Source: an uncultured Chthonomonadaceae bacterium
GTDB lineage: Bacteria > Armatimonadota > Chthonomonadetes > Chthonomonadales > Chthonomonadaceae
Direction of reading: 5' to 3'
Assembly (NCBI GenBank): GCA_963817895.1
Contig: CAWFQB010000002.1
Location: 384,001 to 448,000 of the forward strand
Length of the DNA stretch: 64,000 bases
A model generated the notes under the pieces. The model ran no database searches. It was not told the origin of the DNA and worked only from the letters and a program-made list of their open reading frames with translations. The position numbers were made by a program, and so were the translations under genes. Shown one piece after another: positions 45,471 through 55,156 of the stretch. Within the stretch, counting starts at the first letter, position 1. Each line of letters begins with the position of its first letter.

Positions 45471-46258
45471 TTATTGTGTTTCCTCTGTATTGGCGTTTGA
45501 GCGGGTGACGAGGACGAGGACGAGGATGGTCAGCAGAGTAAGGACGCCGAACATCACGCCCGGACCGCCGATGTGGGGGCCGAAGTCGTTGAGCAGGAAG
45601 TCCATGCGGTCAATGAGCAGGGCGAGGCGGGCCATGATGGTGGAGCCGAAGATCGCGCCGAAGGTGAACATCAGCAGCCAGCGTCCGAGTTTCGCGGAGC
45701 CTTTCAGAACCGGATGCTTCTGCTCGAACGAGAAGAAGAAGTAACTCAACACGCACAGCAGAATGAACATGAACAGCAGATTGTTGATGGCGTCCGCGAC
45801 GGTTAAGGCTTTGAGGGCGGGATGGCCGGCGCGTGCGGCAACGGCAGGATGCGGAATGAGCGGCTTGAACGATGTGGCGATTTGCGGCCAGGTGTCGTTG
45901 ACAAACGCTTTGAACGCCTGCCCGGACGCGACGCCCAGGAAGAAGCCGACGACAAGCCGCGCAATCCAGTTGTGCTTGCGCGAAAAAACGAAATAGTACA
46001 TCAGTCCGGGCATGAGCGCGAAGATGTACCACCACTGCCCCTTGTCGTGCATCGGCTGCCACCACTTTACCAGCAGCACATCCGTCCAGGAGAGCGCGAT
46101 CATGTAGCCGGTCGCGAGTCCGAGAAACAGATGCTCGAACAGGCGGTACAGGCGGTTCTCTTTGTACAGAACCGAGTACAGGCCAGCGTACAGATAGCGC
46201 CGAACCAGGCGGTCAGCGTGGAAACATGAGCGGCAAGCCAGGGCGAAAACCAGGTCAT
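45471..46258 (-). CDS. Uncharacterised polytopic membrane protein (DUF6754-operon gene 4); frameshift near 46190
   Basis: YSVLYKENRLYRLFEHLFLG, SYFFFS, GRWLLMFTFGAIFGSTIMAR. Confidence 0.65.
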
Positions 46259-46273
46259 ACAGACAAACCTCAG

Positions 46274-46399
46274 TATTCGGTGTTGGGTGTTCGGTATTAG
46301 GTGTTCGGGTGTAGGTTATTTTTACGCCCTGAACCTTATTTCGATGTTGCAGGTACTCCGGTACTCGACATTCGCGTTTATTCGCGTTCATTCGCGGCT
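46274..46399. repeat. Two unpaired repeat arms: (GGTGTTC/G)n and (ATTCGCGTT)n
   Basis: TATTCGGTGTTGGGTGTTCGGTATTAGGTGTTCGGG at 46274-46309; ATTCGCGTTTATTCGCGTTCATTCGCGG at 46370-46397. Confidence 0.7.
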
Positions 46400-46408
46400 A
46401 AAACCACT

Positions 46409-47254
46409 TTAACGGGTGTAGCCGATTTGTCGGGCGCGTTGTCGGCGTTCCAGCAGCATGGCGACGTTGCCGAGCGCGATAAAGGTGATAATGAGCAGGT
46501 GCGCCAGTGACGACGAGTTACTGGCCCGCGACGCCTTGCCGAACACGCCGAGCAGTTGTTCGTACTCGTTGCCGCCCTTCAAGCCGTTGAGCATCCCCAC
46601 AATCTGCTTGCTGTCCACATAATTGTACGCTTCGGGAGCCATGACTGCCGTGAGCGCGACGGCCATCGGCACATCCGCCGGCCCCTGCATGAACTGAATG
46701 TAGATGTTGAACGTGTTGGTTCCGGTTATTTCCAGCAGAAACGCCACGTCATGCCCACTGTTGATGCCTTTCATGACGGGCAGGGTTTCAATGGGAATTC
46801 CTCGAAAGTCCGCGCCGATGGAGGCGGGAATATTGCGAACAAACGCCTGCAAGAAGTTCTGCTGATCGGTTTTGTAGCCGAAATTGCACCAGTCAATGCC
46901 TTCCCGATAGCCGTACTCTGTTTGCAGGCGCTCGGCAATCGTTTGTCCCAGCGTCGCGCCCTGCGGACTGGAAAACGCCAGCATCGCGAATCGCAGTTTG
47001 CGCTTCATCAGATGCCGCATCAGGGCTTCCGTTTGCGCCCCGTTTTCGCCCCGCGTTCCCGCAGACCAGTCTATGCCCAACAGCACGAAACTTCCGGGTG
47101 GCAGCGATTCGATTTTGTCGTACAGCGCCTGTGTTTCGGGCGAAATCGGAACCGGTATCCGCGTTTTCAGGAAGAACGGCGCGCACACCGCCAGCAGCAG
47201 CAGCGCGTACAAAAACCGCCGGTCCACTTCTTGTAAGAAACGTAGTAGGTTCAT
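46409..47254 (-). CDS. Uncharacterised membrane protein with extracytoplasmic alpha/beta domain (DUF6754-operon gene 3)
   Basis: DRRFLY, YGYREGIDWCNFGYK, TAVMAPE, GLKGGNEYE, AHLLIITFIALGN. Confidence 0.65.
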   Translation of the reverse strand: MNLLRFLQEVDRRFLYALLLLAVCAPFFLKTRIPVPISPETQALYDKIESLPPGSFVLLGIDWSAGTRGENGAQTEALMRHLMKRKLRFAMLAFSSPQGATLGQTIAERLQTEYGYREGIDWCNFGYKTDQQNFLQAFVRNIPASIGADFRGIPIETLPVMKGINSGHDVAFLLEITGTNTFNIYIQFMQGPADVPMAVALTAVMAPEAYNYVDSKQIVGMLNGLKGGNEYEQLLGVFGKASRASNSSSLAHLLIITFIALGNVAMLLERRQRARQIGYTR

Positions 47255-47257
47255 GTG

Positions 47258-48103
47258 CTATCCGTTATTATCGAAATAACTGCCCCGTTCCAGTCCGAGC
47301 CAGATGCGCAGGGCGACGGCAAGGCCGCCGATGCCAAGCCCGAAGGCGATGGCGCGGCTCGCGGGGGCGTTGGCTTTGGTTAAAATCCAGTCGCGAATGA
47401 TTTCAAGGCGCAGGTTGTGCATCCAGCCCATTGCGCCGGTATTGGTGGCGGGCAGGGATTGGGTGAGCCAGGTTCCCACCGCAATTTGGCCGAGCATGAC
47501 GAGGGTTGCCGTGATGAGCAGCAGGGTTGCTTCGACGGAGCGAACCCGGAACGCGCGATAGGCGGCGGATACGATGTAAAACGCGACAATGGAAAACATC
47601 GTGGCGTCCATAGTTTGGTAGCCGCCGTCAAAAAACAGCGTGTTCAGATTCTTGTTAATGGCGTTAGGATGGGCTTTGCGCAGAATGCCGACAGTCAGCA
47701 TCAGGATCAGTCCGAGAAAAAACGCCGCGCTATTGAAGGCATTCGAGCCGCCTTTGGAAACCCGCTTGCCGTGTACCTGCGCCAGATTGATGACGCCCAA
47801 CCCCACCGCAAATGCCGCCACGATGCTCGCCACATTCCCAAACGGCACGACATACGGCGTCAGAAAGTTGCCGACGGCTTTGGGCGATTGCGCGGTAGGC
47901 ATGGGATGCGTGGGCCAGAAGAATTCCAATGCCCAGTACAGCCCGCCCAAAAACGTCGCGCCCTGAATCACGAATCGGCGCAGGTTCTGCGGAACCAGTG
48001 TCAGCAGGCCGAAAAACACGCCTGATGCGACAAGCGCGCCTACGATGTAGACGTACCAGAGAGCGCCGTGTACCGGATGGAAAAGGCTGGACAGCAAAAG
48101 CAT
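47258..48103 (-). CDS. Uncharacterised polytopic membrane protein (DUF6754-operon gene 2)
   Basis: ATMFSIVAFYIVSAAYRAFRVRSVEA, RAIAFGLGIG..LRIWLGLER. Confidence 0.65.
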   Translation of the reverse strand: MLLLSSLFHPVHGALWYVYIVGALVASGVFFGLLTLVPQNLRRFVIQGATFLGGLYWALEFFWPTHPMPTAQSPKAVGNFLTPYVVPFGNVASIVAAFAVGLGVINLAQVHGKRVSKGGSNAFNSAAFFLGLILMLTVGILRKAHPNAINKNLNTLFFDGGYQTMDATMFSIVAFYIVSAAYRAFRVRSVEATLLLITATLVMLGQIAVGTWLTQSLPATNTGAMGWMHNLRLEIIRDWILTKANAPASRAIAFGLGIGGLAVALRIWLGLERGSYFDNNG

Positions 48104-48122
48104 TGTTCCTTTTAGGAGAGGC

Positions 48123-48905
48123 TCATTTTGCCAGAAATTCAATAAATTTTGGCGCAAGCGCGGGCGCAAGGGACGCGAGGGCGCTGCCGATGACGACAAG
48201 CGCGATAACGATGCCCTTGCAAATGTCCTGCCCGACAAGGCTGCCCAGTAAAGTAGGTTCGCGGGACAAATACGCGCTTGCCGCGTAAAACTCGTCGCCG
48301 ATAATCACGTAATCGCAGGCGGCAATAAAAAACGGAATCTGTGTCGTCGTGGGCGTTCCCGCCACCTGAATCGCCCCTGCCTGCTGCCCGGTTTCCGCAA
48401 AAATCAGGGCTTCGGCATAAAAGTAACCAAATAGAAAACTGGCCGCTACCTGTTCGCGCCAGATGATACCCGACACGGCGGCGGCAAAGGCGAACTGCTG
48501 ATTGGACAGGAACCGCACATCATTGGGGTTGTACAGGTCGCTTCGGCCCTCCGCGGTATAGGCGTTCTGAACCATCTCCTGCGCGATAGGCAACGTGGTC
48601 GACTGATAAACCGGCACGATGGCGCGGGTTCCGAACTTGGCGGACGAGCGTATGACATAATTGATAATGGACAGCGCTTGCAGCGTGTCAATGTCCGTGC
48701 CGCTTGTCGTCGCTCGCCCCAGCCCGTTGCAGCACAGCATGGGCCGTCCCATCTCCGTTGCCCGTCCTATCGCCTCGTCAATCGCCGTCAGCCCCTGAAT
48801 CCGCCGAATAAAGAGCGGACGCTTGCGAGCCGTCAAAATCATCACCACGATAATCAGGCTGAACAGCGGTACGAAAAACCGCACAGCGGTATTGGCGTGT
48901 TCCAT
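48123..48905 (-). CDS. DUF6754-like membrane protein
   Basis: FIRRIQGLTAIDEAIGRATEMGRP, RFLSNQQFAF, AGAIQVAGT, QIPFFIAACDYVIIGDEFYAASAYLSREP. Confidence 0.7.
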   Translation of the reverse strand: MEHANTAVRFFVPLFSLIIVVMILTARKRPLFIRRIQGLTAIDEAIGRATEMGRPMLCCNGLGRATTSGTDIDTLQALSIINYVIRSSAKFGTRAIVPVYQSTTLPIAQEMVQNAYTAEGRSDLYNPNDVRFLSNQQFAFAAAVSGIIWREQVAASFLFGYFYAEALIFAETGQQAGAIQVAGTPTTTQIPFFIAACDYVIIGDEFYAASAYLSREPTLLGSLVGQDICKGIVIALVVIGSALASLAPALAPKFIEFLAK

Positions 48906-48914
48906 GAGCGCTCC

Positions 48915-49042
48915 AGGTAGATGGGTAGATGGTAGATAGGTAGGCGGTAGAACAATCCTCTTCCTGCTTCTATAGTTTGCGCAAAGTGAGGATTAGAGGG
49001 CATTTGCTACTGTCTACCTATCTACCATCTACCCATCTACCT
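48915..49042. repeat. Inverted tandem-repeat element, (GGTAGAT)n, arms matching at 34 of 36 positions
   Basis: 48915-48950 vs 49007-49042; supplies the stop codon of ORF 49029-49313. Confidence 0.9.
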
Positions 49043-49313
49043 CCTCTATCTTCCGAATCAACAACTCGATATTGTCGCGGGATTCGAGCAGGCGGGCGTA
49101 CTGCTGCACATTTTTCGGGCCGAACAGGGGCGCGAGAAAGCCGGAACTCAGCAACAACCCCTGCCCGGTCAGAAACGCCAGCGGCTTGTGCATTTCCAGA
49201 AATAGGATCGCGGGCGTTTGCAGCTTTCGCGCCCCGACCTGCCGCGCCAGATGGTCAATCAGGGCGTCGCGCTGCGCATCCGTAAGTTCCGCGTCCCAAT
49301 CAAATGCCGTCAT
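49029..49313 (-). CDS. Conserved hypothetical protein
   Basis: PAILFLEMHKPLAFL..Q, LLESRDNIELLI. Confidence 0.65.
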   Translation of the reverse strand: MTAFDWDAELTDAQRDALIDHLARQVGARKLQTPAILFLEMHKPLAFLTGQGLLLSSGFLAPLFGPKNVQQYARLLESRDNIELLIRKIEEVDG

Positions 49314-49927
49314 GTCTGCGAATTCTCCACACATAAGGTTTCCGGGGTTGCGGTTGGAATAGCGCAGGTGTTCGCGGGTTCCTTTTCAGCCATTAGCAGA
49401 GTATTCTCCGGTAAGACATGTGGCGCACAGCGCGCAATCATGGCGCGGAGGGAAGATTTGTCGCCGGGTTGTCCTTCGGGCGCGAAGCGCAACAGGACGC
49501 CGCGAAACGCATCCAGACGGGACGGTTCAGCCAGCGAAGTCAGCAGCAGCGCTTTATGTCCTATCTGGCAGCGGCGCACATCTTTCCAGGGCAACTGTAT
49601 GCGCGACGTAAGCGCCTCCTGATAAATGGCTTCTTCTGTCAATCGGTACGTGACGGGAAACAGATACTCGCTGACGCTTCCAGTCAACAACAGGGCGGAA
49701 GCAAAGACGGGAAGCAGCGTTCCAAATATCAGCCATACGCAAACCGCGCCCATTCCCGTTACCAACAGCAGGATTGGCAGGCGTTTCGGTTCGCGCGCCA
49801 GCAAATGGACGCGCCAGCATACAGGCGTAACCGGAGGTTGCGCCTGCTGTGTTGACGCTTCGGGACTGAATGGTAAACAGAGTTCTTCTGTCAAGGGCGG
49901 GACAATCTTTGCTGACAATGGCAGCAC
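49310..49927 (-). CDS. Hypothetical membrane protein, two TM helices plus PH-like domain
   Basis: YLFPVTYRLTEE, PW..VRR, SRLDAFRGVLLRF. Confidence 0.6.
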   Translation of the reverse strand: MLPLSAKIVPPLTEELCLPFSPEASTQQAQPPVTPVCWRVHLLAREPKRLPILLLVTGMGAVCVWLIFGTLLPVFASALLLTGSVSEYLFPVTYRLTEEAIYQEALTSRIQLPWKDVRRCQIGHKALLLTSLAEPSRLDAFRGVLLRFAPEGQPGDKSSLRAMIARCAPHVLPENTLLMAEKEPANTCAIPTATPETLCVENSQT

Positions 49928-49953
49928 AAACCAAGCCTCAAGATTAAAGGTGT

Positions 49954-49982
49954 ATTATAGCCGTTTGGCAATCGCCTGTCAA
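49954..49982 (-). promoter_or_regulatory. Consensus sigma70 promoter of the membrane-protein operon
   Basis: Minus strand TTGACA-17 nt-TATAAT. Confidence 0.8.
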
Positions 49983-50089
49983 CGCTTTTATCTCATCCTT
50001 AATGAGGATATACGAGGCAGAGGAACCGCAGGGAGTCAGCATAAAATGCTCCTGGAATGAATCTTCTGCAAGTTTTCACTTGAAATCGG

Positions 50090-50118
50090 TTGACAGCGGC
50101 ACAGGTTTCTGGTACACT
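50090..50118 (+). promoter_or_regulatory. Sigma70 promoter of the infC operon
   Basis: TTGACA-17 nt-TACACT with TG extended -10. Confidence 0.75.
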
Positions 50119-50231
50119 ATTCTTTGTCTGGCAGCACTTGCTTCCATCAGGCTCCCATTTCGGGACTTTTATCGTCGGAAGCCGCGCGTGAACTGGTCAC
50201 GTTGCGCTGTGAGTTGCCGGAGGGGTGATCC

Positions 50232-50762
50232 ATCAACAAAGACTTTCGTGTTAATGAACAAATTTTGCGGATGCTGAACGGCGTCCGTGTGCGCGACGTT
50301 CGCCTGATTGATGAAGAGGGTCAGCCCCTCGGCATCCTGAACGTCCGCGATGCTCTCGCGCTGGCCGTTGAAAAAGGGCTGGACCTGATTGAGGTGGCCC
50401 CCGCCGCCCAGCCGCCCGTCTGCAAAATCGGAGATTACGGCAAAATCCGGTACGAGCAGGGCAAGCGTGAGCGCGAACAGCATAAAAAACAGAAGCAGCA
50501 GGAAATCAAAGGTATCAAAATGCGGCCCGTAACCGCTGAACACGATTTTCAGGTGCGGCTGAGACACACGCAAAAGTTCTTAGAAGAGGGCGACAAGGTC
50601 AAAGTCACCATTCAGTTCAAGGCGCGCGAGATTACCCACCCGGAAATCGCCCGCAAACTGATGGATAAAATGGTCGAGTCGGTGGGCGACAAGGCGATTA
50701 TCGAAAAACCGCCGTCCATCGAAGGCCGTATGATGACCATGATTCTCAGCCCCAAACCCTGA
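50232..50762 (+). CDS. infC: Translation initiation factor IF-3, non-canonical ATC start
   Basis: GGAGGGGTG SD then ATC-AAC-AAA-GAC-TTT-CGT-GTT-AAT-GAA; VRLIDEEG, LDLIEVAP, PPVCKIGDYGK, GDKVKV. Confidence 0.93.
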   Translation: MNKDFRVNEQILRMLNGVRVRDVRLIDEEGQPLGILNVRDALALAVEKGLDLIEVAPAAQPPVCKIGDYGKIRYEQGKREREQHKKQKQQEIKGIKMRPVTAEHDFQVRLRHTQKFLEEGDKVKVTIQFKAREITHPEIARKLMDKMVESVGDKAIIEKPPSIEGRMMTMILSPKP

Positions 50763-50938
50763 TACCGGTTTCTGTCTTGTCGGCCTGTCCGCAAGCGGGC
50801 GCGAACGTCGTTCCGAAGCCGGGTCATGTCCCGGCTTCGTTGCTGTCTGTTCTGCGTGTTTCTTTAATTGTGTCTGTTGGCTATCCTATCTTGCTTGCGC
50901 CGTCGGGGTTTGCCCGGTTGCGCAGAAGGTTCTTACGC

Positions 50939-51145
50939 ATGAAAACCAAAATGAAAACGCGCAAAACAGCGGCCAAGCGGTTTACCAAAACCGGAACCGG
51001 CAAACTGATGCGCGGTAAAACCGGCCTCAACCACCTTATGCGCAAAAAAGATGGCGCGCGCCGCCGCACCCTGCTCGCCGATGGCGAACTGTTCAAAGGC
51101 GACAAAAAGCGCGTCCTGCGCATGTTAGGACAAGGACTCGATTAG
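50939..51145 (+). CDS. rpmI: 50S ribosomal protein L35
   Basis: KMKTRKTAAKRFTKTGTGKL; position after infC. Confidence 0.95.
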   Translation: MKTKMKTRKTAAKRFTKTGTGKLMRGKTGLNHLMRKKDGARRRTLLADGELFKGDKKRVLRMLGQGLD

Positions 51146-51258
51146 GGAGTAGGGGGTAGGGAGTAGGGAGTAGGAAATGCGCTCATCTTGATTTGCACAT
51201 TCCAATTAAATCAGGCTTGAGTGTTTTCCTACTCCCTACTCCCTACCCCCTACTCCCT
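51144..51258. repeat. Inverted tandem-repeat element, (GGGAGTA)n, perfect 34-bp arms
   Basis: 51144-51177 vs 51225-51258; variant unit GGGGGTA mirrored; spacer partly self-complementary. Confidence 0.95.
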
Positions 51259-51282
51259 TCTGATACGGAAGGAGCGTTCCCT

Positions 51283-51663
51283 ATGCCGCGCGTGAAACGT
51301 GGCACGATGACCCATAAGCGCCACAAGAAAGTGCTGGAAACCGCCAAAGGCAACTTCGGCGGCAAGCGCAATCTGTTTAAGACGGCGCACGAGCAGATGC
51401 TCAAATCAGGCAACTATGCGTACCGTGACCGCCGCAACAAAAAGCGCGAGTTCCGGGCGCTGTGGATTGTCCGTATCAGCGCTGCCTGCCGCGCGCAGGG
51501 TATGCAATACTGCCGCTTTATTGAAGGCATGACCAAAGCCGGCATTGAACTGGACCGCAAAGTTCTGGCCGAAATGGCTGTCAGCGATCCCGATACGTTT
51601 ACGCAGCTCGTCGCGCAGGCGACGAGCGCCCTCAAAACGGCGGGAAGCCCGGCAACGGCGTAA
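51283..51663 (+). CDS. rplT: 50S ribosomal protein L20
   Basis: MPRVKRG, YAYRDRRNKKREFRALWIVRI, LDRKVLAEMA. Confidence 0.97.
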   Translation: MPRVKRGTMTHKRHKKVLETAKGNFGGKRNLFKTAHEQMLKSGNYAYRDRRNKKREFRALWIVRISAACRAQGMQYCRFIEGMTKAGIELDRKVLAEMAVSDPDTFTQLVAQATSALKTAGSPATA

Positions 51664-51890
51664 TCGGTGTTGGGTGTTGGGTATCAGGTGACAGGGAACA
51701 ATCCTGTCTTAATCTGATGCGTGGCACTGAACTCTGGTCATTGTGAAAATTCAAACGCCCTTCAATGCTCTCCCGCAATTTTTGCAAGAGGCATTGAAGG
51801 GCGTTTTGGCGTTTGGAATGTCGGTGTTCGGTGTTCGGAAGGCGATTGTTCAATAAGCGCATTTCCCGAACACCAAATACCGAACACCAA
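51664..51890. repeat. Composite inverted-repeat element, (GGTGTTC/G)n with nested hairpin
   Basis: TCGGTGTTGGGTGTTGGG after the stop; inner AAACGCCCTTCAATGC/GCATTGAAGGGCGTTT stem; GGTGTTCGG/CCGAACACC pair before pheS. Confidence 0.8.
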
Positions 51891-51904
51891 TGGGGAAGTT
51901 GGTT

Positions 51905-52921
51905 ATGTCAAACACCATTCCTGTACAAAATAGCGGAGCGTTTGAAAGCGTGGAGCAGCTTGCGCAGGAGGCGCGGGACGCGCTACAACAGGCGGGCAGC
52001 ACACAGGATTTGAGCGCGATTGAGACGCGCTATCTGGGACGCAAAGGCAGCCTGAACGAACTGCGCAAAGCCATTGGCGGCTTGCCCAGAGAGGACCGTC
52101 CCGCTTTCGGCGCGAAAATCAATGAGGCGGTAGAAGCATTGACAGCCCTGATAGCGTCGCGTCAGGCGGTCTTTTCCGAACAGGAACTTCACGCCCGCCT
52201 GCAAACCGAAACCATTGATGTCACCCTGCCCGGACGCCAGGGGGCGCAGGGGCGGCTGCATCCGCTCACGCAAACGGCAGGACGTATCAAGCAGGCGTTG
52301 ACGGGCATGGGCTTCGAGTTCGTGGACGGGCCGGAACTGGAAGAGTACCGGTACAACTTCGCCGCCCTTAACTACCCGGAAGACCATCCCGCAATGGATG
52401 AGCAAAACTCGTTCTTTGTCACCGACTCGCGCCTGTTGCGGACGCAGACGACGGCCTTGCAGGGGCGCATCATGGCGGACCGCCGCCCGCCTTTTCGCAT
52501 TGCGACATTAGGCCGTTGCTTCCGCTATGAGGCCGTTGACGCCACGCACCACCACACGTTTCATCAGATAGACGTATTCATGGTGGACGAGAAAATCTCC
52601 ATGTCGGACTTGAAAGGGACGCTCGGCTCATTTGCCCGCCAGATGTTCGGCCCGCAAACCCTGGTGCGCTTTCGCCCCGACTTTTTCCCGTTCGTGGAAC
52701 CCGGCGTGGACTATTCCATCTCGTGGCGCGGCAGATGGCTGGAATTAGGCGGCGCAGGCTTAATCCATCCCAATATCCTACAGGCGCACGGCATCAACAC
52801 GGAAAAATACAGCGGCTTTGCGTTCGGGCTTGGCGTGGAGCGCGTCCACATGATTCAAACCGGCGTGGACGATCTGCGCCTGTATCTGGAAAATGATTTG
52901 CGGTTTTTGAAGCAGTTTTAG
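51905..52921 (+). CDS. pheS: Phenylalanine--tRNA ligase alpha subunit
   Basis: GRLHPL, NFAALN..DHPA, LLRTQT, DATH, FRPDFFPFVEP, GFAFGLGVER. Confidence 0.97.
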   Translation: MSNTIPVQNSGAFESVEQLAQEARDALQQAGSTQDLSAIETRYLGRKGSLNELRKAIGGLPREDRPAFGAKINEAVEALTALIASRQAVFSEQELHARLQTETIDVTLPGRQGAQGRLHPLTQTAGRIKQALTGMGFEFVDGPELEEYRYNFAALNYPEDHPAMDEQNSFFVTDSRLLRTQTTALQGRIMADRRPPFRIATLGRCFRYEAVDATHHHTFHQIDVFMVDEKISMSDLKGTLGSFARQMFGPQTLVRFRPDFFPFVEPGVDYSISWRGRWLELGGAGLIHPNILQAHGINTEKYSGFAFGLGVERVHMIQTGVDDLRLYLENDLRFLKQF

Positions 52922-53025
52922 AGGAGGTAGATAGGTAGATGGGTAGATGGGTAGAAATGCCTGCTACTCTTCTCGTAGCGCGATTTTTGAAGAAGGTGGA
53001 GAGTTTTTCTACCTATCTACCTCCT
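52922..53025. repeat. Inverted tandem-repeat element, (GGTAGAT)n
   Basis: AGGAGGTAGATAGGTAGA (52922-52939) vs 53008-53025; starts immediately after the pheS TAG. Confidence 0.9.
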
Positions 53026-53039
53026 AAAAGGATTTCCCC

Positions 53040-55145
53040 ATGCGTATCCCTTTGAAATGGTTACAGCAGTATGTGAATGTGCAGGCGAGCGGGCAGGAAG
53101 TCGGCGTGAAACTGACGATGGGCGGGCTGGAAGTGGAAGGCATCGAGGAGTCCGCGCTTGGCCCCGTATTGGATGTGTATGTCACGCCGAACCGGGGCGA
53201 TTGCCTGTCCCTGCTCGGCGTGGCGCGTGAAGTGTCCGCGCTGTACGGCCTGCCTTTGACGCTGCCCACGCCGCCTCATTCGGAAAAGGGTGGTGATGTG
53301 GCGGGGCAAACATCGGTTACAATTGAGGACGCGGATTTATGCCCCCGGTACGCGGCGCGGATTGTACGGGGCGTGAAGATTGGCGACTCCCCGGCATGGA
53401 TGCAGGCGCGATTGGAAGCGGCGGGACAGCGGCCTATCAACAACATTGTGGACGTGACCAATTATGTCATGCTGGAATTGGGCCAGCCGCTTCATGCTTT
53501 CGACCTGCACAAACTGGCGGGTAAGCGGATTGTGGTACGGCGGGCGCGGGATGGCGAAACCATTACCACGCTTGACGGCGAAGCGCGAACGCTTTCCACA
53601 AATACGCTTGTGATTGCCGATGCCGAAAAACCCGTTGCGGTTGCGGGTGTAATGGGGGGCGCAGACTCGGAAGTGGACGCGAACAGCGTGGATATTCTGA
53701 TTGAATCCGCGCATTTTGATCCGCTTGCCATTCGGCGCGCGTCCCGGCTGCTGAAACTGCGCACGGAAGCCTCGTACCGTTTCGAGCGCGTGGTGGATAT
53801 AGAGGGCGTTCAACGGGCGGTAGACCGCGCCTGCGAACTACTGGCCGACATGGGACAAACGGGAGTGGTTCCGGGCATCATAGATGTGTATCCGCAGCCA
53901 TATAAAGCGCGTCATCTGAATCTGCGCGTGTCGCGTGCGGCGGAACTGCTCGGCATGAACATCACGACGGATGTGGCAACGGATTGCCTGACGCGATTGG
54001 GCTTTACGGTCGGGCCGCGCGTGGATAGCGACACGCTGAACGTTCAGGTTCCCTCGTTCCGGCCCGATGTTACGCTGGAAGAGGATTTGATTGAGGAGGT
54101 CGGGCGTATCTACGGGTATGAGAACATTCCCGAAACCCTGCCGCGCGGCTTTACCACGCAGGGCGGCGACAGCCCGGACGGTTTATTCATAGACCGTATC
54201 AAGCACATTCTGGCGTCTGCGGGCTTGCAGGAGGTCGTGACGCACAGCCTGACCGCGCCCGCGTTCTTCAACTCGCCCGACGACGCTTCGCGCCGCGTGT
54301 CCGTGCGCAACGCGCTGTCTGCGGAAGTGGGCGGACTGCGCCGTTCGCTATTGCCCACCCTGCTGGACGTAGCAAAGCACAACGCCGCCTATCAGCAGGC
54401 GAACATGGCTCTGTTTGAAGTCGGGCGCGTGTGGCAGATGCAGGCGGTTCCGGCTGAGGATGGCGGTTCTGGCGAACCTGTGCCTACGGAGTACATCGCG
54501 GTCGGCGGCTTGCTTGTCGGCTCACTGGAACCGGGCGAATGGCACAACCGGGGCAAAGGCGCAAGCGCGGACTTTTATACCATCAGGGGCATTGTCGAGC
54601 GGCTGACGGCAAATCTTGGAATGGCAAACGTAACTTTTGCGCCATTGGGCGAGAAAGCCGCTGCCCTGCCCCTCCTGCACCCCGGACGCGGCGCCCTCGT
54701 GATGCGCAACGAGAGTCAGGTGATTGGAATGGTGGGAGAACTGCATCCACGCGCGGCGCAGCAGGCCGATTTGCGCGACAAAATCTATGTGTTCGAACTC
54801 AGCTACGATGCGCTGAAACAGGAGGGCGACACGCCCTCCGCCGCGTACCACGCCCTGCCGCGCTTCCCGGCTGTCACGCGCGATCTGGCCCCGCGTCTGG
54901 CTGCCGCAATCCCGTACAGACAGGTTCAGGCGGCAGTGGAAAGCGTCACCGCGCCCCTGCTCGAATCCATGCGCCTGACCGACGTATTCGAGGGTTCACC
55001 CGTGCCGGAAGACCAGAAAAGCCTGACGCTTTCGTTCACCTTCCGCGCGCCCGACCGAACGCTCAACGAACCCGAAGTCACCGCAGCGCTGCTGGAACTG
55101 CGTAACGCGCTGGAAACACACTGCGCGGCAACCTTTGTAGGATAA
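53040..55145 (+). CDS. pheT: Phenylalanine--tRNA ligase beta subunit, short form lacking the B2 OB-fold
   Basis: TPNRGDCLS, INNIVDVTNYVMLELGQPLHAFD, FRPDV..EEDLIEEVGRIYGY, FDX-ACB domain (PRFPAVTRDL). Confidence 0.95.
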   Translation: MRIPLKWLQQYVNVQASGQEVGVKLTMGGLEVEGIEESALGPVLDVYVTPNRGDCLSLLGVAREVSALYGLPLTLPTPPHSEKGGDVAGQTSVTIEDADLCPRYAARIVRGVKIGDSPAWMQARLEAAGQRPINNIVDVTNYVMLELGQPLHAFDLHKLAGKRIVVRRARDGETITTLDGEARTLSTNTLVIADAEKPVAVAGVMGGADSEVDANSVDILIESAHFDPLAIRRASRLLKLRTEASYRFERVVDIEGVQRAVDRACELLADMGQTGVVPGIIDVYPQPYKARHLNLRVSRAAELLGMNITTDVATDCLTRLGFTVGPRVDSDTLNVQVPSFRPDVTLEEDLIEEVGRIYGYENIPETLPRGFTTQGGDSPDGLFIDRIKHILASAGLQEVVTHSLTAPAFFNSPDDASRRVSVRNALSAEVGGLRRSLLPTLLDVAKHNAAYQQANMALFEVGRVWQMQAVPAEDGGSGEPVPTEYIAVGGLLVGSLEPGEWHNRGKGASADFYTIRGIVERLTANLGMANVTFAPLGEKAAALPLLHPGRGALVMRNESQVIGMVGELHPRAAQQADLRDKIYVFELSYDALKQEGDTPSAAYHALPRFPAVTRDLAPRLAAAIPYRQVQAAVESVTAPLLESMRLTDVFEGSPVPEDQKSLTLSFTFRAPDRTLNEPEVTAALLELRNALETHCAATFVG

Positions 55146-55156
55146 GAGGAGATTGT

